From a virus, in IMG/VR virus record IMGVR_UViG_3300018494_000062: a DNA stretch of 37,603 nucleotides; one strand, written 5' to 3'. Position numbers and translations under genes: made by a program. Of the stretch, positions 1-6,731 are shown piece by piece. The notes under the pieces were generated by a model, which was given only the letters and a program-made list of their open reading frames with translations, was not told the DNA's origin and made no database searches. Positions within the stretch are counted from its first letter, which is position 1. Every line of letters begins with the position of its first letter.

Positions 1-123
1 CAAGTTCATTTGGCATTTGATGTTGGATATAATTGAAAACCCTGAAGGGAAGCGGATTTTATGAACACACTTGGAAAACTTGAAAGATTGCTGATGCAGG
101 GAAGAATCACTGAAGAAGAATAC
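1..123. repeat. Left copy of the 123-bp terminal direct repeat
   Basis: Bases 1-123 are identical, base for base, to 37481-37603. The repeat contains the right arm of the attP-like inverted repeat and the first 63 nt of the 61..219 ORF. Confidence 0.97.
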
Positions 124-219
124 AAAGAAAGAAAGTCCGTCTATATTGAAACAATCCTTGAATTGTATGTCAAGGGCATCATCACAAAGGATCAGATGCT
201 TGAAAAATTGAATCAATAG
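61..219 (+). CDS. 52-aa SHOCT-like small protein
   Basis: My own translation is MNTLGKLERLLMQGRITEEEYKERKSVYIETILELYVKGIITKDQMLEKLNQ, which is below the ORF-track cutoff. GAAGGGA lies 10 nt upstream. LERLLMQGRITEEEYKERK resembles the SHOCT motif. A hairpin terminator follows. Confidence 0.5.
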   Translation: MNTLGKLERLLMQGRITEEEYKERKSVYIETILELYVKGIITKDQMLEKLNQ

Positions 220-228
220 TCAAACATG

Positions 229-260
229 CACCGCCAGAACCTTTTCTGGTGGTGTTTTTG
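229..260 (+). terminator. Rho-independent terminator
   Basis: Stem CACCGCCAGAA (229-239) pairs with TTCTGGTGGTG (244-254) with one G:U pair and a 4-nt loop, followed by TTTTTGTGTTT. Confidence 0.7.
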
Positions 261-315
261 TGTTTATTGTACAAATTCAACAAAAACCATTGTCAATCTT
301 TGGTTATTTTGTCAA

Positions 316-345
316 TTGAAAAATATACCCAGCTGGGTATATAAT
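316..345 (+). promoter_or_regulatory. Sigma-A/sigma-70-type promoter of the accessory operon
   Basis: TTGAAA (316-321), an 18-nt spacer, then TATAAT (340-345). The first downstream ORF starts at 392. Confidence 0.6.
324..341. promoter_or_regulatory. Perfect 18-bp palindromic operator candidate inside the promoter spacer
   Basis: TATACCCAGCTGGGTATA is its own reverse complement. It fills the -35/-10 spacer and overlaps the -10. Confidence 0.6.
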
Positions 346-391
346 AAGAACATAAGGAACGGCACAAGCCGAAAAGAAAGGAATATGAAAT

Positions 392-517
392 ATGAAAAAG
401 GTTAAAATTTACAGATTGTCAATAGGTGGTTATTTTCTCGGAAACGAACTTGAACTTTGCAAACAGTATTGTTTAGACCATAATTGCACATACAGAACAG
501 ATTACATTTATGTTTAA
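392..517 (+). CDS. 41-aa hypothetical protein
   Basis: My translation is MKKVKIYRLSIGGYFLGNELELCKQYCLDHNCTYRTDYIYV. AAAGGA lies 9 nt upstream. This is the first ORF after the promoter. No family recognised. Confidence 0.4.
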   Translation: MKKVKIYRLSIGGYFLGNELELCKQYCLDHNCTYRTDYIYV

Positions 518-533
518 TAAGAAAGGATGAAGA

Positions 534-650
534 ATGATGAACATATTGGAATACATAAACGAATTGATAGAACAGGGATATTTAGAAGAAGATGCAGAAA
601 GATGTGCTGATTACATGTTTTCTGATGAATGGGAAGGTGATGAAGAATGA
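534..650 (+). CDS. 38-aa highly acidic hypothetical protein
   Basis: My translation is MMNILEYINELIEQGYLEEDAERCADYMFSDEWEGDEE, with 14 D/E residues against 1 basic residue. GAAAGGA lies 6 nt upstream. The stop overlaps the next start (ATGA at 647-650). Confidence 0.5.
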   Translation: MMNILEYINELIEQGYLEEDAERCADYMFSDEWEGDEE

Positions 651-844
651 CTGAAGCACACCAAAGAGCAAAAAAGAAGTATAGAGCAAAATTAAAAAGG
701 TTTACAATTGAATTTTATCCAACAGAAGCGGAACTGATTGCACAAATTGAAAAACAACCGAAAAAGCAAACCTATATAAAAGATTTGATAAGAGCAGATA
801 TTGAAAGGAAAAGAAATGAGCAAATTCAGAACAAAACCATATAG
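647..844 (+). CDS. Ribbon-helix-helix (Arc/CopG-like) DNA-binding protein
   Basis: KKKYRAKLKRFTIEFYPTEAELIAQIEKQ...YIKDLIRADIER fits a basic N-terminus, a beta-strand and two helices. GGGAAGGTGA lies 6 nt upstream. It is translationally coupled to the preceding ORF. Confidence 0.6.
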   Translation: MTEAHQRAKKKYRAKLKRFTIEFYPTEAELIAQIEKQPKKQTYIKDLIRADIERKRNEQIQNKTI

Positions 845-1037
845 AAATGTGGGTGATCCGTCAAGCAAATATGGATATGACAAAGACGGAAAACAATTTG
901 AAGCGGATATTCAAAAGCACATTGATGATAGTGAAAAACTATATGTAGAATTCAAAGAATGGATAATGAAAAAACAAGTCACACCAGACAAGTTCAGAAA
1001 TTTATTTCGCAAATATTATGATGAATTTATTGCATAA
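816..1037 (+). CDS. 73-aa hypothetical protein
   Basis: The ORF-track frame is 801..1037. I prefer the ATG at 816 because AAAGGA lies 6 nt upstream. No family recognised. A terminator follows. Confidence 0.55.
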   Translation: MSKFRTKPYRNVGDPSSKYGYDKDGKQFEADIQKHIDDSEKLYVEFKEWIMKKQVTPDKFRNLFRKYYDEFIA

Positions 1038-1044
1038 AAAAAGT

Positions 1045-1077
1045 GGGGAACAGACAGAAGTCTGAACCCCATTTTTT
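1045..1077. terminator. Bidirectional terminator between convergent operons
   Basis: GGGGAACAGAC / GTCTGAACCCC stem with a 2-nt internal mismatch. It is flanked by an A-run upstream (1035-1042) and a T-run downstream (1072-1077), so it can serve both strands. Confidence 0.65.
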
Positions 1078-1163
1078 GTTGCAACGATTACAATATATTA
1101 TGTTTTATGTGTTTATATGCCTAATATCTAAAAATCAAGCACAATTTAATTTTGAAGGTCTGG

Positions 1164-2069
1164 TCAAACCATCCCCAAAAGTTTCTTCCATGTTGTCTGT
1201 CTGGCTGTGATTTCGCCATCAACAACACATTTGTTTTTTTGCTGATACTTTTTGACTGCTTCTGTGAATTTTGCCCCTGCAATTCCGTCTATTGCACCGC
1301 AATTGAAGCCAAGTGCATTCAATCTTTTTTGCAATGGTTTCACCACAGCATGTCTTCTGTTGATTTTGGAAGACACTGTGACAGTCTTTGAAAGTGTTTC
1401 TGATCCTGCAATTCCGTCTACTGATGCACCAGTTGCTTTTTGCACTTCTTTGATGAATGCTTTCAAATCATATGCACCAGAAGTGTCATTTTTGACCACT
1501 GTTGCATTTTCAGAACTGTTTGATGTAGTTTGTCCATCAAGTCTGTTCCAAAACTCTGACAGCCATTTTGCATTGTTTCCTGGTGTTCCGCACCAATAAG
1601 CAGGACATCTTTTGCCAACCACATCAAAATGACGGATGACATTTTCTTTCGGCACGTTGTATTTTTTCATCAAATCCCTTGTCAATTCAATTGCATTTTC
1701 AATTGTTTTTGCTGAAGGATAGATTGTGCCATTCTTCACATCATCACACAATTCAATGCTGATGCTGTTTGTGTTGGTGCATTTTTTGTAATATGCACCG
1801 CCACCTGTTTTGTCGCAATCATTATATTTGCCACCACCAACTGCCCATGCAACAAACCCATCTGGCACAGACTGTGTGACAGAATCACCATCAACAAAAT
1901 AATGTGCAGAAGCACCGACTTTGTTATTTGCAAAATATTTGCCATTGTTCTCGTCTGTGTCACCATCATTTGCAGTGAAATGAATGACAATGTATTTGAT
2001 TTTGTTTGTGTTTCTGCTTGCACCATAATTTGATTTATTTGCAAGCTTTTCTTTTAATACATAACCCAT
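1164..2069 (-). CDS. Endolysin: N-acetylmuramoyl-L-alanine amidase (Amidase_2/PGRP-type) with two C-terminal PG_binding_1-like repeats
   Basis: YIVIHFTANDGD...ASAHYFVDGD...AWAVGG is the amidase_2 pattern. VDGIAGSETL and IDGIAGAKFTEAVKKYQ...VDGEI are PG-binding repeats. Start moved to the ATG at 2069 (AAGGGGTG 7 nt upstream) from the track start at 2120. Confidence 0.9.
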   Translation of the reverse strand: MGYVLKEKLANKSNYGASRNTNKIKYIVIHFTANDGDTDENNGKYFANNKVGASAHYFVDGDSVTQSVPDGFVAWAVGGGKYNDCDKTGGGAYYKKCTNTNSISIELCDDVKNGTIYPSAKTIENAIELTRDLMKKYNVPKENVIRHFDVVGKRCPAYWCGTPGNNAKWLSEFWNRLDGQTTSNSSENATVVKNDTSGAYDLKAFIKEVQKATGASVDGIAGSETLSKTVTVSSKINRRHAVVKPLQKRLNALGFNCGAIDGIAGAKFTEAVKKYQQKNKCVVDGEITARQTTWKKLLGMV

Positions 2070-2085
2070 TTCAAACACCCCTTTT

Positions 2086-2415
2086 TTAGTGATTTTCAAT
2101 GTGCAATTCTTCAATTTCAATTTTCATGTGGTCAATCATTCCATTGCCACCCAGTGCTTTGTATGCTTCATGCATCTTCAGCCAATTTTGAAGTCCATGT
2201 GTTGAAATATTGCCCTGATCCATGAATTTTGTGTGGTATTCAATAAGTTTCACCCTTAAAAGACACACAACACCATTTTCAAGTGCTTTTTCCCTTGCTT
2301 CTGCCTGTTGTTCTTTTTCTTGCTTCAGTTTCTTGTTTTCTTTTAATACTGATTGCAAAATAAAAACCAGCATTGCTGAAACAATACTGGCTAATATTGT
2401 GTATATATAACCCAT
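2086..2415 (-). CDS. Membrane-anchored coiled-coil protein of the lysis cassette (function unknown)
   Basis: N-terminal TM helix (IYTILASIVSAMLVFIL), then KKLKQEKEQQAEAREKALE. It lies between the holin and the endolysin. ATG at 2415 follows AAGGTGG. Confidence 0.55.
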   Translation of the reverse strand: MGYIYTILASIVSAMLVFILQSVLKENKKLKQEKEQQAEAREKALENGVVCLLRVKLIEYHTKFMDQGNISTHGLQNWLKMHEAYKALGGNGMIDHMKIEIEELHIENH

Positions 2416-2425
2416 TTCGACCACC

Positions 2426-2704
2426 TTATTTTTCTTCTTTTGTGTTTTCTATAAATCTCGAAAATGCCTGATGCATACCAGTTGAAGCCAACCCCATCAA
2501 TGAACCATAAACAATTGCTTCAACTGAAACACCGCCAACAATTGCATTCAGGATTGCACCCAAAACTGCAAGAATTGTTGGAATGTATTTGTTTGGTATG
2601 AAATTGAAGGTGTGTTTGATGATATAACCTGCCACCAAGCATGCAACCAATACCACCACCACAAAATGTTCTGTTAATATTGTAAAATCCAACATGTTCA
2701 TCAT
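2426..2704 (-). CDS. Holin-like small membrane protein
   Basis: 92 aa with about 3 hydrophobic segments and a charged C-terminus (ENTKEEK). The IPNKYIP motif recalls Firmicutes phage holins. It sits immediately upstream of the lysis genes. There are several in-frame starts (MMNM). Confidence 0.7.
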   Translation of the reverse strand: MMNMLDFTILTEHFVVVVLVACLVAGYIIKHTFNFIPNKYIPTILAVLGAILNAIVGGVSVEAIVYGSLMGLASTGMHQAFSRFIENTKEEK

Positions 2705-2713
2705 CCTTTCTTT

Positions 2714-4375
2714 TTAAACACCTATTACTGCCCTTAAAATCAATCTTTTGTTGTTGTATGCCAACCCTGTCAGCATGTCTGTTCCTTCCTTGTCATTGTT
2801 TGAACTTCCTTTGATTTGTGTGTCTGATACATACACAAGTTTTTTAACACCGACATAATAGTCAGACATTGTGATTGAAGCACCTTCAAACAATGTGATG
2901 TGCTGCTTTGGTACAAAGAAATAATGAAATTCCGCATCAACTGGATCAGCATCACCGACATTGTACCAACCCCAGCAAAGCCACACACCCTGTGACTGTT
3001 TGCTGATAGGTTCTGACAGATTGACTGTCTGTGAACTGCTCATGTAATACCCTTCACTGCCACCAGACCAAAGAACCTTGCCACTGAAGCCAGAAGTGCA
3101 ATACCATTCACCCCATTCAGCACCATAAAAGAACCTTTCAAACACTCTGCTGATGTTTTTGTCACACAAAGTGAATATCTGATGAAGTTGTCCTGCATTC
3201 CCTGCTTCTTCAACAATCAAAGTGAATGTTCCGCTTGTAACAGGACAATTCAAATATCCAGCTGAAGTTGCATTCTGTCCTGCATAAGTGTTTGGAATCT
3301 TCACATCATTCAAATCTGTGTTTTCTTCAAGAACAGGATGCATCACACCGCCACTGAACTTTGTTTGAAATCCAATGTCAAGCACCCCTGCCAATTCTGC
3401 AAATTTGCCAAATGCAAAACCAAGACCTTTTTCAAACACAGAAAACAGCTTGAAGGAAGAAGCACCGATTGTGGTCTTTGTTCCGCTTCCTAAACTGTCA
3501 GTGATGGTCAATCTGATGTTGTAACTTGAATCAGATGAAGCAGCAAAAACAAAAACACCGCCTGACACAGAATATTGATTTGCATATTCCGTCAGTGTGG
3601 TGCTTGTGTAATCATCTTCAGTTGTCTTTTTGTATTCCAACATATATGATGATGTGTTTTTATTGTTCAAAGCATAAACATTGCTTGAAAATGTAACCTT
3701 CAGGAATTCACCTGATGTGCCATTCCCTTCTGCATCAGCACATCTCGCCACCTTAAATGCTGTGAAAGATGGAATTTTGTATTCTGCCACCGATACATTG
3801 ACAGTTGTCTTTGCCTGTCTTCCCCTTGAATCTGTCACTGTCACCGACAATGGCAATGAACCAGATTTGCTGATGGTGTTGGTGGTGAATGATGTCTTTG
3901 TGTACACCTTGTCATCAAATGTGCTTCTGACACTCTTTATTGTTGAACCATACACACCTGATGCTGTGATTGTTGCCTTTACTTTTGACCGATTCTGAAT
4001 ATATGAACCATATTTTGATGCATGCCCTTCAGCATCACTTATTGACACCGATACAGAAGGAACAACACTGTCCGGAATAGTCAAAACCTTTGTTCTGTAA
4101 ACTGCACCAACTTTTGTGCCACCTGATGTGTATGTTGTCAAAGTGAATTCAACAACAAATGTGCTTCCTGTGGTGCAAGCGGATGACCATGCCAAAGGTG
4201 GTGTCCATGTTCCGCTTTTTGAACTGCTTTTGTCCAATATCGTCACAGAATGACTTCCATTTTGTGTTGCCACAGTCAATGTGTGCTTATATGTTGAATC
4301 TTCACTGCTGATGGAATAGGAAAGGGCATTTCCCAGTGTTCCACCATTTATTGTTATTTTTGAAGCTACTGCCAT
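2714..4375 (-). CDS. Tail fibre / receptor-binding protein (DUF859-like N-terminus)
   Basis: It follows Tal directly. The N-terminus MAVASKITINGGTLGNA...WTPPLAW resembles the siphovirus DUF859 family. The C-terminus is beta-rich (VLWSGG...QTVNLSEPIS). Confidence 0.65.
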   Translation of the reverse strand: MAVASKITINGGTLGNALSYSISSEDSTYKHTLTVATQNGSHSVTILDKSSSKSGTWTPPLAWSSACTTGSTFVVEFTLTTYTSGGTKVGAVYRTKVLTIPDSVVPSVSVSISDAEGHASKYGSYIQNRSKVKATITASGVYGSTIKSVRSTFDDKVYTKTSFTTNTISKSGSLPLSVTVTDSRGRQAKTTVNVSVAEYKIPSFTAFKVARCADAEGNGTSGEFLKVTFSSNVYALNNKNTSSYMLEYKKTTEDDYTSTTLTEYANQYSVSGGVFVFAASSDSSYNIRLTITDSLGSGTKTTIGASSFKLFSVFEKGLGFAFGKFAELAGVLDIGFQTKFSGGVMHPVLEENTDLNDVKIPNTYAGQNATSAGYLNCPVTSGTFTLIVEEAGNAGQLHQIFTLCDKNISRVFERFFYGAEWGEWYCTSGFSGKVLWSGGSEGYYMSSSQTVNLSEPISKQSQGVWLCWGWYNVGDADPVDAEFHYFFVPKQHITLFEGASITMSDYYVGVKKLVYVSDTQIKGSSNNDKEGTDMLTGLAYNNKRLILRAVIGV

Positions 4376-4378
4376 ATA

Positions 4379-6076
4379 TTATCCCCCCACATATTCACAA
4401 TTCACCCTGCCTTCACTGTCCTGGTCAATCAGGAATCCAAAAAGGTCAAGTTTTTTTGTCACTGTCAGTTCAGGAATAAGTGCCTGACCATTTGCATCAA
4501 ACCGCTGAACAACAACATCATTCACCAGAATTGACATTTCATCACTGTCAATGATGACTTTGTTTCGATTGTCAGCTTGACCAATGGTCATTCCGTTGAT
4601 GTCAAAAGTGAAGTATTTTGTGATTGTGTTGAACTTTTCCTGAAGGTCACCATCAACATCTTCAATTCTGCTGGTGGTTTCGGTAAAATTCAAAGCCAAC
4701 TGTTCTGACATAAAAGTCAATTGTGCTGCAACAGTTTCCCTGAATTCAGAAAAGTTCCCTGTTTCCACATAATTGCTGACCGCTGTCATGATAATTTGTT
4801 CACAGTCTGACAGAATGGATGTTGCTGATGTTTCCACCTGTGTTTTCACTTCACTGTGAACAGCTTCCCTTGCAATTTCAACTGTATTTTCAACAGTCTT
4901 TCTGATTCCAGCATTGATGTCTGTCAATGACATTGTTTCTTCACCAAGTGTGATTTTGGTGTTTTGTGGATTCACAATGTCAATGTCAAGCTGTGTCAGT
5001 TTGTATGAATCTTTGTGTCCATGTGGTTTTGTATTTACAAGACAATAACGATAAATTCTGAATGTTTCAATTTCCGCATCTGAAAAATGCAAATCAAGTG
5101 CTGTGATGCTGATTTTGTTTTTCAGTTTCGTTGCAGTTTCATTCATGTATTCAATAGCCTTTGTCTGTAAGTTTATTGCTGTGGTCACATCATCCCATGT
5201 TGTGTCTTTTGTTGGTGCATATATAAAGCCATACTTTTCAACAGCACTGATGCTGTAAATTGTGTCACCTGACTTCACAATGTCTTCTGTGATGTTCCTG
5301 TCTTCAAGTTCAGCAATTGTCAATCTGCTGTCATCTTTTGATTCCTTGTCAATGCTGTTTTTCTTTGCACCCAAAGGAAGAAGTGCAGAATATGTTGCTG
5401 AAGCATCTGATTCTGTGGAAATGTTCAGAAGGTTTTCACCATATTCAATCCGTTGTGTGTTGGTCAATTCAAAGTCTTTTAAATAATCAATGTAGTTGCC
5501 ATCATCTTCATATCTGATGCAAAGATAACCGCCCAAAGCAGAATTGAACAATTTGCTGCTTAACACTTCCCATGTTTTTGAATAGTCTTCAGCAGACCTT
5601 GCCAAATAATTGTTTGGATCAGTGACAGTCACTTTTCCAAGTTTGAATTGTTGAAATTCCTGCACCTGTGAATTGTGCTGATTTATCAGCCATGAAAGAA
5701 AGAATTCAATCACATTCCCGGTTGCAGCAGCAGTTGCATATTCTGAATCTTTCGTGAAATCATCAGGAAAAACAAAAGGGCGAATGATTGAATCATTAAA
5801 AAAAGCCATTGCACCTTCAAGGTCAACGGCTTTCATATTATCAAAATCAACTGTGTCTTCAGTCATTCTGCCCCTGAATATTGGTTCACCATCTTGCAGG
5901 ATTTCAAACACAGACCGCAATTTTTGCAAATGTTTATAAAATGGATGTGTTGCATAGATTGAAAAAGAAGCACTTCCAACTGTGTTCACAGCAAGTTTGC
6001 ATTTTGGACTGCCAACAACAAGGTCTTCTTCTCTCGGATCATACAACACAAAGTCATCACATCTGATTTGATACAT
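4379..6076 (-). CDS. Tail-associated protein Tal / baseplate hub (Prophage_tail-type)
   Basis: The N-terminus (DFVLYDPREEDL...PKCKLAVNTVGSASFSI...ILQDGEPIFRGR) is typical of siphovirus minor structural/Tal proteins. It is positioned after Dit. Confidence 0.8.
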   Translation of the reverse strand: MYQIRCDDFVLYDPREEDLVVGSPKCKLAVNTVGSASFSIYATHPFYKHLQKLRSVFEILQDGEPIFRGRMTEDTVDFDNMKAVDLEGAMAFFNDSIIRPFVFPDDFTKDSEYATAAATGNVIEFFLSWLINQHNSQVQEFQQFKLGKVTVTDPNNYLARSAEDYSKTWEVLSSKLFNSALGGYLCIRYEDDGNYIDYLKDFELTNTQRIEYGENLLNISTESDASATYSALLPLGAKKNSIDKESKDDSRLTIAELEDRNITEDIVKSGDTIYSISAVEKYGFIYAPTKDTTWDDVTTAINLQTKAIEYMNETATKLKNKISITALDLHFSDAEIETFRIYRYCLVNTKPHGHKDSYKLTQLDIDIVNPQNTKITLGEETMSLTDINAGIRKTVENTVEIAREAVHSEVKTQVETSATSILSDCEQIIMTAVSNYVETGNFSEFRETVAAQLTFMSEQLALNFTETTSRIEDVDGDLQEKFNTITKYFTFDINGMTIGQADNRNKVIIDSDEMSILVNDVVVQRFDANGQALIPELTVTKKLDLFGFLIDQDSEGRVNCEYVGG

Positions 6077-6077
6077 C

Positions 6078-6731
6078 CTACAAATCCCCTTCCTGAAATG
6101 AAATTTTCACTGTTCCTGTTCCTGATATTGTCAAAGAATTGTTTCCTTCCACAAATCTAATATCAAGAATTTTATGTGTTCCAGCACTCAAATTGAATGT
6201 TGATGTGCCAAAAACAATCACAGTGTTATCATTTGAACATTCAATTGAAGGTGACACAGATTTTCTGCTGTTTGTAATATCAACAGCCTTTGGTGTTTCT
6301 GTCAATTTGAAGGTCAGATTTGTGACATACTGCTTCAATTTGTATGGTGCAACTTTTGCCTTGACAACAAATTGCATCAGTTTTCTATCTGAAGAATGAC
6401 TGTCAACAGTGCATCTTCCTAAATAGTAATAATCTTCATCATTGTCAAGTGTGATTTTGCATTTCAAACCATTCAATTTGTTGCTGATTTCTGTCATCTT
6501 TTCTTCCCATGACATTGTTTCTGAAGGAAGCACCGAAAAGGTGAAGGTGCATTCTCTGTCAGAATACTTCACTTCACCATGTGCTTCTGTCAAATCTATT
6601 GAACCATCAGCACCAGGAACATCAATATATGTTGTTTTTGCCTTTGCTGGTGGTATTTCTTTCTTTGAAAGGATCAGATTCAAGTCATAATATGAATGTG
6701 TGTCACCAAATAAAATTCCTTTTCCTATCAT
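6078..6731 (-). CDS. Distal tail protein Dit (Sipho_tail family)
   Basis: GILFGDTHSYYDLNLILSKKEIPPAKAKTTYIDVPGADGSIDLTE is a classic Dit N-terminus. It follows the tape measure gene directly. Confidence 0.85.
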   Translation of the reverse strand: MIGKGILFGDTHSYYDLNLILSKKEIPPAKAKTTYIDVPGADGSIDLTEAHGEVKYSDRECTFTFSVLPSETMSWEEKMTEISNKLNGLKCKITLDNDEDYYYLGRCTVDSHSSDRKLMQFVVKAKVAPYKLKQYVTNLTFKLTETPKAVDITNSRKSVSPSIECSNDNTVIVFGTSTFNLSAGTHKILDIRFVEGNNSLTISGTGTVKISFQEGDL

